Assembly (NCBI GenBank): GCA_951406725.2
Contig: OX597818.1
Location: 84,320,001-84,384,000 of the forward strand
Reading direction: 5' to 3'
DNA: 64,000 nucleotides
DNA from: Octopus vulgaris
Taxonomy: Eukaryota
Shown here: one piece after another, positions 14,873 through 28,868 of the stretch
Layout of the letters: the number at the start of each line of letters is the position of its first letter
How positions within the stretch are numbered: the stretch's first letter is position 1
Translations under genes and position numbers: made by a program
The notes under the pieces: generated by a model
What the model saw: only the letters and a program-made list of their open reading frames with translations
Databases searched by the model: none
Told to the model about the DNA's origin: nothing

Positions 14873-15001
14873 TAAAAGATTAGTACAATCGATTTTACAA
14901 TCAACTGCTCTAATCAGCGTGTCTAAAATACTAGAACTTTATTATTTTAGACAAGTTGATCCAATCGGGTGATTGTAAAATCGATTGTACGAAACCTTTA
15001 T
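14873..15001. repeat. Long imperfect palindrome (foldback)
   Basis: Perfect 21-bp arms 14883-14903/14970-14990 plus inner arms tgtctaaaata/tattttagaca. Confidence 0.85.
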
Positions 15002-15194
15002 GTATGAGGAAGTATTCCTGTTTGCTCGCATACCATTCGAGCGTAACGCTAATGTAAGCCTTTGCTGAGGACTTTGGATAGAATTCATTATTAATTTAAT
15101 TCTTTTGTAATTGTGACTTATTTGTACATAGAAACAAAAGGAATCAGTGCCCCCTCCCCCAACACACACACAAACACACACACACTCACACGTG

Positions 15195-15510
15195 TATATG
15201 AGAGTAGGCACAGGAATGTTGGTCGACCATGGCTGAGATATAAGAACAAGCTGAAGAATAATCTCTCAGGAGTCAATATCGCTCACAACACCTTTGAACA
15301 AACAGCATTGGAGCGAGCAAAATAGAGAACGTCGTGTCAAAATGGTACAAGAGACTTTGTTTCAAACAGCATAAACAGGCTAAAGTGTACAAAACAAAGG
15401 AGAAAAGCAGCTGCAGATATACTGCTTGCCCTTTCCCGTAATCTTTATACTTTCAAGATATGAGGGCTTTGCAAGTCATTCTTGGGACTCAAATCACACA
15501 TTCGATATAA
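15195..15510 (+). mobile_element. RTE-clade LINE 3' fragment
   Basis: RNVGRPWLRYKNKLKNNL...FEQTALERAK*R, the typical RTE C-terminal GRP..R+KD.LK..L...W...A.DR..W block, followed by a decayed GLKSH zinc-finger-like end. Confidence 0.75.
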
Positions 15511-15576
15511 GCATTATGACTGACAGAGAAAGAGTGGGTTGTCGGATCCTCATGCGTCGAAAACCGATGGGAGAGT

Positions 15577-15610
<34 letters not shown>

Positions 15611-15643
15611 CTTTATTTAAAGCAGCAGAAAATTCAACAAAAC

Positions 15644-15681
15644 CTGTTACTCAGAGTTTCCCGTTGCCGTTCAACGGACAG
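15644..15681 (-). ncRNA. Minimal hammerhead motif, U4C plus A6U core variant
   Basis: Reverse complement: CTGT-CCGTTGA-ACG(GCAA)CGG-GAA-ACTC(T)GAGT-A-ACAG: perfect stem I, GNRA-capped stem II, near-palindromic stem III; embedded between two (TA)n tracts. Confidence 0.6.
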
Positions 15682-15718
15682 TTTTTTCCACCTTGTTTCA
15701 CATTTATGTGTTTACTCC

Positions 15719-15804
<86 letters not shown>

Positions 15805-15809
15805 GAGAG

Positions 15810-16225
15810 GGAGCACCAATAAGAAACTATACATCCGTAGAAAGGTGCAGAAGCCGACAGACACTTCTATATAAAAAAAGAAGCACTCCAAAAACGTGTC
15901 AAACCCGGAACTTCAAAGTTTCCATCATGACAACCCAACGCAACATGGATAATCTCACAATTATGGAAGCCCAGCTTGTAAATAGATTGAAACCAGCTAT
16001 TAACAACAGAAAAGAACTATGCGAAACAGACTGGTTGCTATAGCAACAACCGCCAGCGCATGTCACCTTCCTCCTTCCTCACCTGTACCCACCCACATAC
16101 TTCTGAGCAACAAACTTTTTCCAACCACCGCTTTTCCGAATGTCCTGAAGAAGGGGTCTTCACTCTGAAATATAGAAATACAAGGTAAAATTGTGTTTCG
16201 GCTTTATACAACTATATTCTTTAAT
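15810..16225 (+). mobile_element. Penelope-like element 3' fragment (GIY-YIG C-terminus, UTR and hammerhead)
   Basis: NFKVSIM...LTIMEAQLVNRLKPAINNRKEL matches the GIY-YIG C-terminal E...I...KPxLN motif; hammerhead follows ~100 nt after the stop. Confidence 0.8.
16140..16179 (+). ncRNA. Minimal type I hammerhead ribozyme, canonical core
   Basis: ATGTC-CTGAAGA-A-GGGGT(CTTC)ACTCT-GAA-ATAT-A-GAAAT: palindromic ATAT stem III, stem I 4 of 5 pairs. Confidence 0.7.
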
Positions 16226-16921
16226 ATACATTCATTGTTGACATCATAAGAATTCGAGTGAATGGGAAATAATTTTGTTCTCCAAAGGTGAAGCTCGAAG
16301 TAAATAAAGCTATAGATAATAGTGTATAAATATCGGGTTAAAAAACTATTTGGCTAGAAGAAACCGAAGGTAAGCTTCGGCTTTCTCAAAACGGTTGATG
16401 ACTAGCAAAAGGGGTTAAGAGTGAATGTACCTATTGAAAGCACGCGCCTGCGGGACAACAGGTGGGTGAGTGATCAAGGGGACTCTGGGTGTGCAGGATT
16501 CCTTGAATGATCTGAGTTCAAGTTTCTCCTATATGAGGAGGGCTGTATCATAGATATGTTCAAATATGTTATGCACTAAGCATACTTATATTTATCTCGT
16601 TTCCTCTTTCTCCTCCTCTTCTCTTCCTTTCCTCTTATTATTTATGTAAACCCCAGCAACAACAATTTGTAAACTATCCCTGTAATGTCAACTACATCTG
16701 GTTCCCTTATGGTAAATAAAAAAGTCGTCATCATCATCATTATTTTTTTTTATGGTGTTGCTATTATAATTATTATAGTTTTGACTCTACTTCATCTTGT
16801 TATGGAAAAAAATCATCTTTCTTCATATTATAGTTATCAATATTATTGGCTGGAAGAGGAGGAGGAGGAGGAGGAAGCGGAGAATAAGAAGAGAAGGCAT
16901 AATGAGGTAAGGAGAAGTATG

Positions 16922-16968
<47 letters not shown>

Positions 16969-17026
16969 CCCTCATCATCTATTCTTCTGCTTCTTCTTCT
17001 TCTTCTTCTTCTTATTATTATTATTA

Positions 17027-17085
<59 letters not shown>

Positions 17086-17538
17086 ATTACTATTATTATT
17101 ACTGTTATTATTATTGTTATTGTTGTTGTTGTTGTTAGTATTAGTATTAGCTTCTCCGTTTCTCTTCTTTTCGATTTCGACTATGAGATTTTTGTTTTAT
17201 TTCTGTTTGTTTGTTTTTTTTGCATTTACTATAATATTGTATTTACCATTTTTTTTTTATTTCGTTGTTTATCTTTAGTTTTATTCTTATTATCTTTAAC
17301 GCTAATGATACTTACATGAACGTCTGTTTCTATTGGTCATTTCTATGACTTACGATCCTATTAGCGGACTTCTTTGACCGCTGCAGATAATTACATCGTC
17401 TATATTTCAGATGCTACATTTTCCTCTTCCCCACTTTCATTCCTCATCCTACTCCTCCGCCTCTTCTTTCCTCGTTATCACCAACACCACCGGCCTCATC
17501 ATCACCACTACTACCACCATCACCAACAACATCACCAC

Positions 17539-17595
<57 letters not shown>

Positions 17596-17618
17596 TATCA
17601 TCATCATCATCATTATCA

Positions 17619-17674
<56 letters not shown>

Positions 17675-18277
17675 GCTCCCACCAATTACACGGCACCACC
17701 AATTTCCTTAGAGAAATCGAAATCCAATAGACATTATAAGTATGTCATGGCCCTCTCACTAAGTTTCTTTCTATGTATAGATACATATATGTGTGTGTTC
17801 GTGTGTGCAGGTGTGTGCGTGTGTATATGTAGGTGTATATGTCTATGTGTATTTGTATATATATATATATATATATATACATACACTTATATACACACAC
17901 ATATGTATATACATACATTTATATATATATATATATATATATACATATATATACATATATATATACATACACTTATATACACACACATGTATATACATAC
18001 ATTTATATATATATATAAATATATGTATGCATACATATATATATATATTATATTATATATACACACACATACATGTACATATCTATACGTATATCTCTCT
18101 ATATATACAAACATATATATATATATATACATATATACATATACATTTATATACTTATACATATATAAGATATGTACATATTGTATAACTATATATATAT
18201 AAAAATACATATATATATAGAGAGAGAGAGAAATATGTGTTTGTGTATATATATCCACACACACACATACATACACG

Positions 18278-18339
<62 letters not shown>

Positions 18340-18348
18340 TACGTATGT

Positions 18349-18454
<106 letters not shown>

Positions 18455-18849
18455 TTTCATCTATGTATGTATGTGTGTATATATGTACATGTAGTCTCCA
18501 CATCCTCATCATTATCTATCACCGCTTTGGCGTCCGTTATTCCATACAAGCATTGGTTGTTTGGACATTTTATTAGCCATAAAGCCTAAAGAACTCGTCT
18601 AGCAAGACAGGCCTTGCCATTCTGTAGATTTACTAATAAGTACTTGCACAAGTTTTATTTGTTCTTCTTCTGCTGATTATATGTGTATGTGTTTTAGATG
18701 CCATATTAGCAATCACTGCTACTACAGCTACGTGCTCGCCCGCGTTGCTAGAAACTGCAGTTGAATGTACAGCCATTTTACGGAAATCCGCCACCACCAG
18801 TTTTAATGAAAGCCCCTTACTTTTTATGCACCCCCAGTTATAAAATGTA

Positions 18850-19402
18850 TGGGCATTGCTGTGTAATTAAGAAGCTCGGTTTTGGGTTCTATTCCACAGC
18901 GTGGCACCTTGGGCAAGTGACTTTTATTATAACCGTAGGTCGACTGGTGCCTCGCAAGTGAATTTAATTGACGGAAGCTGTGTCCACTGAGCATGTGTGA
19001 GTATGTGTGTGCTTGTATGTGAGTGTATGTACGTATATGTGTATATGTGTATGTATGTATATATATATTGAAGAGACCCCTTCGGCCATGAATGACCATG
19101 GGATTGCACCTAGAAAGTTACTCTCCGAGGAACAATTCCGGGCAATGTTGTTTATAGAAGGCTAGCAGTCGCCCATGCATGCCAGCCTCCCCTCTCCACA
19201 CCACCGATGTTATCCAAGGGAAAGGGAAAGTCCGATACGGCTTGGCACCAGTGATGTCGCAACTCATTTCTACAGCTGAGTGAACTGGAGCAACGTGAAA
19301 TAAAGTGTCTTACTGAAGAACACAACACGCAGCCCGGTCTAGGAATCGAACTCACAACTTCATGATCGTAATCTCGATGCTCTAACCATCCACTGAATCC
19401 AC

Positions 19403-19454
<52 letters not shown>

Positions 19455-19457
19455 TAC

Positions 19458-19500
<43 letters not shown>

Positions 19501-19755
19501 AAGATATATATACATATATGCCCTTGTGTGTGTCTTTGTATCTGTGCTTCTCATTCCACTTCCATTATGAGAATCGGCGTTAGTTTGTTTACGTTCCCGT
19601 AACTTAGTTGTCAAACAAATATGACCGACATCATAAGTATAAGGCTTTAAAATAAGTAACCTACGTGCAAGGGTCGATTTGCTCGACTAAAGCACTTCAA
19701 TGTGGTGCCCCAGCATGGCTGCAACCCAAAGACTTCAACGAGTAAAAGAGAAATA
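18850..19755 (+). mobile_element. Decayed family A SINE split by an opposite-strand SINE
   Basis: Head 18850-19010 (gcgtggcaccttgggcaagt) and tail 19540-19755 (cccgtaacttag...ccagcatggc). Confidence 0.7.
19072..19395 (-). mobile_element. tRNA-derived CORE-like SINE, family B
   Basis: Reverse complement: tggttagagc...gagttcgattcc, tgtgttcttcagtaagacactttatttcacgttgctccag; same family as 32825-33125. Confidence 0.85.
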
Positions 19756-19871
19756 ATAAAAAAGGTGAGTTTGTCAAGAGTGAAAATTCGTTCCTCGGGA
19801 CTGATTAATGAAATTGGATATTGGGGTAACATTTAACATAACCAGGTATTTTGACGCTGGGATATACTTAC

Positions 19872-20051
19872 TCACATGTATAACTCAATTTGCTTTTGGC
19901 CTTAAAATGCTGATGGCGTTGTAAACGTTGTCGTAGGAATGTTGTCTTCTGACACAGCCTGTCTTCGGCATTTTGAAATCTAACTCAACCTTATTCTCAT
20001 CCTCTTCTAACTGCTGATAATTTCTTAGAGAAAACGACCGATAGAAATCGA
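19872..20051 (-). CDS. Candidate coding exon of an unidentified gene
   Basis: Strong acceptor (ttttcttttactctgtttttcag) and overlapping donors GTGAGT/GTAAGT. Open frame DFYRSFSLRNYQQLEEDENKVELDFKMPKTGCVRRQHSYDNVYNAISILRPKAN* with the stop 9-13 nt before the donors. Confidence 0.5.
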
Positions 20052-20120
20052 CTGAAAAACAGAGTAAAAGAAAATAATCGTCTACGGTGTTTGTGTTACA
20101 TGCCATGGTATAAGGATAAA

Positions 20121-20383
20121 CAGGGAAACTTCAGTTTCTGAATTTTAATCGTTCCCCGAAGGTCATTCGTCATCCGAAATAGCTTTAACTGAAATTATTT
20201 TTCCTATAGGAAATTCCAGAAAAGCCAAGACGAAAGCTAAACACCAACTGCCGCTCACCCGCTAACACTGCCAGCTTGTCTCCAACTGTTGTTGCCGGTT
20301 CGCTTGCTTGTTACACGAGATACCGTAATTTACCCTAAGCGTTTTATGATAGAAAAATTGTTCGTAAACCGAGGTTGCACCGT
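20121..20383. mobile_element. Tigger/pogo-type MITE
   Basis: Degenerate TIRs cagggaaacttcagtttctgaa ... ttcgtaaaccgaggttgcaccg followed by TA; internal taatcgttcc and tttttcctataggaaat motifs typical of Tigger-derived MITEs. Confidence 0.6.
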
Positions 20384-20494
20384 ATAATAATCCTGTAAAA
20401 CGTGAAAGAATGGTAATACATTCATCGCTCACGAAACCCTGACAGGCAGAATATATTCAAAACATACACATACATATATTCGTGAGTATATATA

Positions 20495-20558
<64 letters not shown>

Positions 20559-20559
20559 C

Positions 20560-20840
20560 TTTTATTTGTTTCAGTCTGACTACGTTTATTTATTTAGTTG
20601 TTCCAGCATGACTGCAGTCATTCTGGGGCATCACATTGAAGGAGTTTAGTAAGACAAATCGACCCAAGAACTTATATTTTTTTAAAGCGAAGAACTTATT
20701 CTATCAGCCTCTTTTGACGAACCACCTAGTTACTGGGACGTAAGCACATAAACAACGCTTGCAATGTGATGATGGGGAGACAAATACAGACACCGTTACA
20801 CACACAGACGCGCACGCAAGCACACACACATACATACACA

Positions 20841-20872
<32 letters not shown>

Positions 20873-21320
20873 CGACGGGCTTCTTTCAGTTTCCGTCTAC
20901 AAAATCTACTCACGAGGTTTGGTCGGCACGAGACTATAGTAAAAGGCGCTCATCTTTTGATGTCACGCAGTGGGACTGAACCCGGAACCATGTGGTTGGG
21001 AAGCAATCTTCTTACCACACAGCCACACCATACACACGTATATATGTATGTACGTATGTCTACCTACTTATATATGTGTGTGCGTGCTTATGATTCTGTG
21101 TGTGTGTAAATGCATGGGCATCAGTGTATTTATTTGTGTTTGCGTATGACTCACAGCTTCACGACCGGTGTTGGTAAGTTTATATTCTTGAAACATAGAC
21201 GTTTCGCAAGAAGAGATCGATAGAGTAAGCCAGGCAATTACAAATACTGAGGTTGATTCTCTCAAGTAAACACTTCAATGAATTGCCCCAGCACGGCAGC
21301 AGTCCAGTAACTGATGCAAA
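20560..21320. mobile_element. Family A SINE (-, 20560-21030) plus an adjacent + strand tail fragment
   Basis: Similarity to 55933-56330. Confidence 0.8.
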
Positions 21321-21422
21321 ATATGGAAGCGTGTTTTCATATATGTATGTGCTTGCGTATTGCATGTATGTGTAGCATATATCCGTGTGCGTATGTGTGT
21401 GTGTGTATCTCTACATATAGTT

Positions 21423-21462
<40 letters not shown>

Positions 21463-21517
21463 CAGACAGAAGACAGACAGACAGACAGACAGACGGATAG
21501 ATAGCTAGCTAGCTAGC

Positions 21518-21605
<88 letters not shown>

Positions 21606-22005
21606 CAGACAGAAAGACAGACAGAAATACGCATAACCACTCACACTCACATATAAATATGCATACACATAAATGTATTGAGGGAAAGAGGATAGTATGA
21701 GTGAACGTGTCTGCATGAGAATGACAGACAAAATGGACAGTAAGACAAGTATACGCATGCGGGGATGTACACCAACGTAGAAATTGATGAAGAGAACAGA
21801 AAATGGCGTCTGACGTGATACAAATTTTCTATTAACTAGCCTCCTCTCATGACTGTTCTTTTTTTTAACAATTAAAGGTCAAAGGATATATTATATACAA
21901 CATCTTTCACAGCATTCTTCTTACTTTCTAAATATATTCCTTCCATCAATGTGCATCATACATACATACATACATACATACATACATACATACATACATA
22001 CATAC

Positions 22006-22082
<77 letters not shown>

Positions 22083-22289
22083 TATTTGTATATACACACA
22101 TGCATATGTGTGTATGAACAAATGTAACATGTGTATATTTACATTTATTACAATGTATATATATATAGAAATAGATAAACATGTACATGAAGTGAGATGC
22201 ACACACACACACATATATATATACACACACACGTTTATATTACATTTAATTAAGTGTATATGTATATATATATATATATATATACACAT

Positions 22290-22320
<31 letters not shown>

Positions 22321-22395
22321 CACATACATACTTACCTGTCTTATACATATTCAGATATGAATACACACGCATACATACACACACATACTCACACA

Positions 22396-22442
<47 letters not shown>

Positions 22443-23938
22443 GGAATTTGGGTTTTTATTTTGTTGCTGTCATTCTATTTTAAACGCATTGTCCATCTTT
22501 TCAATAGCTGTTCGTTTAGCTCCTGTGTCTCATCTCTTTCTTTATAAACCTCTGATGTATACAGCGGCTTTAGAATTCTTTAGAATTACTCCAGGTGACC
22601 TTTTAGCTATAAAAATGGTCGCACTTTCTGAGTGTTAAATTGGAAGCACGTTACTCTAAGATAATTAACTTTTGAAAGGATTTCTCTCAGCTGCCAGTTT
22701 ATTTGCATCTCATTATAACATTTTCCTCATCGAAATTGCTATGTAAAGCTCATTTTCAGATTTTAGTCTGCTATTTCCATTCCTTTTTACAAAAGGTTCT
22801 TGAGGAATCCGTAAGTGTTGTTTATTGATTCTTTGTGAAGAATATTCTAGAATTGAAAATGTGCTGCTGCTGCTACTGCTATCTAAGCTGCTGGACAATT
22901 TCTCACAGGATATACAGAGGCCGAGAAGAGAATTAGAATTTAGTTCAAACTGAGCACATAAGAGTTGAACATATTTTTACAGATCTTCAATCGTTCGAAT
23001 TCAGCCAGCTGTATGTAAGGTATATATCACTGCACTTGAAGTTGTTCATTACTAGTCAAGTAAGCAGGCAAGATGGCCGCCCGTTTATTAGAAATTGCGG
23101 GGAAAATTTCATTGCTACCAAAACCAACCACCTCCAGCACACTCATTTCCAACAACATTGCCATCAACGAACACCGACATTACCAACACCAATTCCATAT
23201 ACTTTGTAGCGCTACATCAACTGCCTTTATAGAAATATAAGAGGCTTCTCCAGCTTTATTATTCTATTCACCGTAAGAAGCTTTTTATCTACTCTACTAA
23301 TAGCGCTGCTTTTACAAAACTGTCTTCAAATATTGCTTAGGATTCTAATGATATATTTTCCCGTTCAATATAAAAAGAATGATGTCTGAATGATTATAGG
23401 TTCAATTCTATCTACAGATTTAATTGCTTTTTTTACGATCTTTCTTTATTCATTCCTTTTTATTTCTATTTTTGTGCGTTTGCTATTTTACGTCCATATT
23501 TAATGGGATGTTTCTTTTTTATGAGAACAATATTTTTCTTTTACTGCTGGATGTCTGTCTTTCCCATATCAAATCACTCAACTGAGAAAAAATAGGAGCC
23601 GATCCTGCTTATATTTTTTGTTCAGACTAGTAATTTAGAAGAATGGCAAGGCGCAGCGTAATACTTTCTGTAGAGCAGTATCTTAAGGCATTGTGCTTCA
23701 AACTTGTTTATGCCTCTGCTCATATGTGATCCCTGATAAATCTTTAATATAGCACGAAACTAAACAGTTTGGTCCTCATTTCAAGTTTCGGAAGACGCTA
23801 TAGTTTAATACGAAGACTATTTCGCAGAGACTCAATACATTTACATGAAATAATATAAAAAGATATGTTTATGTATATGAAGAGAAAGAGAAAGAGAGGA
23901 AGAGATAAAGAGAGGGAGATTGACAGATAGTTCAATAG

Positions 23939-23981
<43 letters not shown>

Positions 23982-24643
23982 CATATTCATATACATATAC
24001 ATATATCTACATATACATATATCTACATATATATATGTGTATATATATGCATATATATATGCGTGAGTGTGTTTATGTACCTGTGTATGTGCGTGTATGT
24101 ATGCATGTATGTACGTATGTGTCTCCCTATCTGTATATCAATATATATATATATATATATAATATATTATAATTTATACAGTATTATATATATTTTATTA
24201 TATTACCTTATATTATATTGTATGTTGTTGTGAGTGTGTGTGTGTGTCCGTGTGTATGTCGGTAACTATGCGTATACATAACCTAACTGTATTAGTGTAT
24301 GAGTTACGTAGTTATTAATGCTTGACCGTCAATCTTGTACACTTGTGTAATATTTTTATGCTTGTTATATATCTCTAATTAGTAATATATTTTGCTCTTT
24401 CGGCCTCTTGGAAGACAAATTATCCCTAGACGACATTTCCATCAGCATTCAAAGCTATTGAAAGACTTATGATATAATCACGGAGCCTACATAATGAGAG
24501 TTATATATTTATTACCTTCAGGTATATGGGCACACAGACACACACACACACACACAAACAAATATATATATGTACATATATATACATATATGTGTACATA
24601 TATGTATCTTTATATATATACATATATGTGTACATATATATAT

Positions 24644-24791
<148 letters not shown>

Positions 24792-24984
24792 GTACATTTA
24801 CATGTATATTGTTGAGATTACAAAAATATTCGCTTCCGATCTTTCGAGAGAACATGAAATAATTCTTTTTTGGAACACTGGACCTCGAGCAGTACGGTAC
24901 TTGATACAGAAACACTCACACACACACGCTTGCACGCACACACACACTCACCCCTCCCCACACACACACACACGATAAAAGAAG

Positions 24985-25016
<32 letters not shown>

Positions 25017-25017
25017 T

Positions 25018-25312
25018 GTTCCTTCTCGAGCAACGCCTAGTTCATAAGGGCCGGTGTCCCGGTTTCCTTGGCGTATAGATTCCCCACCTGGACGGGACGC
25101 CGGTCCGCCGCAGGTGAGCTGCAAGACGCAGGAGGAAAGAGTGAGAGAAAGTTGTGACGAAAGATTGAGAGAAGTTGTGGCGAAAGAAGTTTGCCATTAC
25201 CTTCTGCCGGAGCCGCGTGGAGCTTAGGTATTTCGCTCAAAAACACACACATCACCCGGTCTGAGATTCGAACCCGCGAGTCCGCTGCACTGACCACTGG
25301 GCCATGTGCCTC
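25018..25312 (-). mobile_element. tRNA-derived SINE family D with a V-SINE-like motif
   Basis: Reverse complement: ggcacatggcccagtggtcag...gggttcgaatctc head and cctgcggcggaccggcgtcccgtccagg; second copy at 58159-58398. Confidence 0.8.
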
Positions 25313-26515
25313 CACACACACACGCACACACACACACACATATATACACTGGCAGCTGAGAGAAATCGCAAAAGCATATACACATATACATATAAACATA
25401 TATAAATTGACAGAATGGGATAAAAATAACCAAGGCAGTAAATTGATTTCATAACATATATCTTCTTGATAAATGTTATGAAATCTGTTTACTGCCTTTT
25501 TTTTATCTCATTCTGTCAATTTATGTATATGCATGCTAATACATGACCCGCGTTGGACTCCTCACTTGTATCATTATCGAGCCAGGAGCTTAACCATGGT
25601 CTATCCATAGCACTTACTTAGTTTTTACCCGATACCTTTTGGGTCTTCCTGACATCAATAGCTTTCATACATATAAATATATAAATACAAAAGGCTTCTT
25701 TCAATTTGTATCTTCCAAATCCACTCACTAGTCTTCGGTTGACCCTAGGCTCTAGAAGAAGACACTTGCCCATGTGGGAATGAACCCAAAGCAATATGGC
25801 TGGGAAGCAGGCTTCTAACCACACAGTCACGTCTACATATTTATACATGTAGAGAATCTGATTATTAATATCAAAAGATAAATCAGACAGAGGTAATTAA
25901 GAGTTCAATTAATAACAGGCGGCAGAATTCCAACACCTTATTACATTGCAATAAATCCAAGTGTGACAGACTTGCATGTATTTACATAAGCAGCTAAAAC
26001 TATCTCTGAGAGCAACAGATTGAGCAGAAAAGAGGACATTTGAGAATAATTCATACTTGGACTTTATGCTTATCTGCTTAAATCGAATATATAATCACAC
26101 ACACACAAACGCACAAACACGCACATACACACACACACATACACACGCACACATCTTTTAAATTTGGTTACGGGAAACGTATTAAATATTCAAATAAAGC
26201 TCCTATTCATTATGCCGGCCACAGTCTAATGATGCTGACTGGTGGACCACTTGGGGTTGCATCGAGCTGTACCGATATACTGTGGGATAAATACAGTAAT
26301 AGCAACAATAATCTTTTATGAATCTATTAATGTTATATCGCCTGAAGAAATGAATCCATGAAGATGATCTACCCGATGCCCATTGATATTACGGACAACA
26401 CCGTAATCATCCCAGGAATAGGGACTGTGATCTTAAGAGACGGGATTTGTGGATAGGCGCGTAGCGATGCATTAAAATTATTATAACTTCCATCCAAGGA
26501 TTATTGTTATTGTTA

Positions 26516-26563
<48 letters not shown>

Positions 26564-27109
26564 ATATCTATCTATATCTATCTGCATGCATGTATGTATG
26601 TATGTGTGTGTGTCCTCCCACGACCGTTTGACAATCGGCGTCGCTGTGTTTGCATCCCTATAATCCTAACGGTTCTGCAAGAGAAACCGGTAAAATAAGT
26701 ACTTGGCTTTAAAATTTGGTAGTGGGATCGATTTATTCGCCTAATATTTCAAGGCAGTACCCCAGCATGGCCACAATCGAATAAGACAGGTAAGAAAGGT
26801 AAAAGATATGATAAACCAAATGATGATTTTATTCTTCTGTATATCCGGGATATCGGGAATGGAGGCAATTGATTGGCTAAAATTACATAATTTAAAATTT
26901 TCTGATAAAATAACTTATTCCAATTATGCAATACACTAATCAGCTCTCAAGTTCATCAGACAACTTCTAAAACCGTAATGATAAAAAGAATATTTGAATG
27001 CTCCATTTATTCTCACCGTATATTTAGACGCACTTATATATGCGCGCGCATGTGTGAGTGTGTGTTTGTGCGTGCGTGCATATGAGTGTATGTTCCTGTG
27101 TATGCATCT

Positions 27110-28135
27110 CCTCACAGGCACGCATCATCGACCCTATCATATCACTGACTCCTTCACCTGCACTTCTAGCAACGTCATCTACTGCATCTCCTGCTCTCTC
27201 AGTCCTTCTCTGTCCTTCTCTATTACAGCGGTAAAACGGGACGCCGCTTGGCTGACCAGTTCACGGAACACCTCCGGACATCAGACTCGAGAACGACACC
27301 CTGGTCTTACACCATTTCCGCTCTACCAGTCATTCATTACAACACCTGTCTGTGTTCGGATTGTCCTTCTACAGAGGCCATCCGGACTCACGTCTTTGCC
27401 GTGAGCAGGAATTAATTTTCCCACTTCGCACCTTGACGCCACATGGAATAAACTCTCCTCCCCTCTTCATCTAACTCTCTTCATCTCACACCTACTTCCC
27501 CATCCATCTCTCCTATCTTGCTCTGACACCTACTTCCTCTATTTATTCCTACCCACCTTCTCACTTCTACCCTCTCCCTTCATCGTCCCCCTCTCTCGTT
27601 ACCCCACCCCTATATATTTTAAACCCATCATCCCTATCCATCCCACCTCCACCCCTTCCCTTAGACCCCACACTTGCTACTCCCACGCACCACCGCACCA
27701 CCCCGCACACACTAGCACTGACCACTTCCCAGCACCCACACTAGCACTGACTACTTCCCAGCACCTACACCATCATCCACACACCTACATATGTACACAC
27801 GCACACTCAAGGTCTCCAACCCCCTTCCACACGCTCTCACATACACAGGCATGCGCACTTTCGTTTTGGGATCATCACTACTTAATTATCTCCCCTTCTT
27901 CCTAGCCCTCCTGTGTAACCCCTCTGTCCAGCATTTGTCATGATAGATCGCTAGCTACTAAACCTTTTTTTTTATTTTCTTTCCCTGTTTATTTCTGTGT
28001 TCCTTTCTGTCGAAGAGCGTAGGCTCGAAACGTAGAAGACTTTCTCACATCCCGAGCATTAAACTAATGCATCTCTTTGGTGTTTACATGTCTTCGTCTT
28101 TTGGGTTTTTTCTTTTTCTTTTGTAAATTCTCACT
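27110..28135 (+). mobile_element. 5'-truncated Penelope-like element: GIY-YIG endonuclease relic, pyrimidine/CA-rich UTR and hammerhead
   Basis: FTCTSSNVIYCISC...YSGKTGRRLADQFTEHLR...HFRSTSHSLQHLSVFGL...RLCREQELIFPLRTLTPHGIN* across frameshifts; ends at a TA repeat. Confidence 0.9.
28003..28038 (+). ncRNA. Minimal hammerhead motif, A6U core variant
   Basis: CTTT-CTGTCGA-A-GAGC(GTAG)GCTC-GAA-ACGT-A-GAAG; all three stems pair. Confidence 0.65.
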
Positions 28136-28502
28136 ATATATGTATATATGTATGTATGTTATTATTCAATTTTATTTCAAGATTTCTTGCCAGTAGAGTC
28201 GGTTTCTAACCTAGATCCAATGGTTCTTCATTGAAATTTCGACATCAGCAGGGTATTTTTGTATATATGTGTGCATATGTGCAGTATTTGTGTCAGTGCA
28301 TGTACAGTTTTGTATGTTTTGTTTTATGAATGTATTTTTATGCATATAGTTGTATGTCTAGACATGCATATATATACTTAAGTCTTGAACTTCAGAAAAG
28401 TCTTTAAAATTTTACACTTCCTATGATAGCTTGGATCTGTAGTCTTCTAATCAGCTTTTTCCTTTTGGTAATGTGCGTATGTATGTACATGTGTATGTAT
28501 GT

Positions 28503-28827
28503 GAAGGCGCGTGGCGTAGTGGTTAGAGCATTCGGTTCACGATCGTAAGCTCGTGAGTTCAATTCCCCTTGTCGTATTGTGTCCTTGAGCAAGACACTTT
28601 ATTTCACGTTCCTCCAGTCCACTGAACTGGCAAAAGTGAGTAGTATCTGTATTTCAAAATGAGCCAGCCTTGTCACACTCTGTGTCAAGCTGTAGTTCCC
28701 AGGGAACTATGTTAAGTGTACGCGTGTCTGTGGAGTGTTCAGCCACTTGCACGTTAATTTCACGAACAAGCTGTTCCGTTGATCGGGTCAACTGGAACCC
28801 TCCTCATCGCAACCGACAGAGTGCCAG
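28503..28827 (+). mobile_element. tRNA-derived CORE-like SINE with the family B head and a different 3' tail
   Basis: ggcgcgtggcgtagtggttagagc...gagttcaattcc; tgtgtccttgagcaagacactttatttcacg. Confidence 0.85.
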
Positions 28828-28834
28828 ATGTGTG

Positions 28835-28868
<34 letters not shown>

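Noticed and set aside
22713-22980. Ser-rich minus-strand ORF and overlapping plus-strand splice-like sites
   Set aside because: Signals conflict between strands and there is no recognisable motif.
26335-26455. CTGAAGA-AATG...CAT-GAAG string and the short ORF MKMIYPMPIDITDNTVIIPGIG
   Set aside because: The position after GAA is G rather than A and stem I is absent; the ORF is 32 aa with no recognisable homology or splice context.
28190-28240. Minus-strand ATGAAGA-ACC...GGT-TAGAAAC hammerhead-like string
   Set aside because: C3 is missing and stems I and III do not pair; at best a heavily decayed motif.
28503-28570. tRNA-like sequences at SINE heads (also 25260-25312, 32825, 55933, 58159)
   Set aside because: A and B boxes are present but there is no complete cloverleaf and each continues into a SINE body; not tRNA genes.
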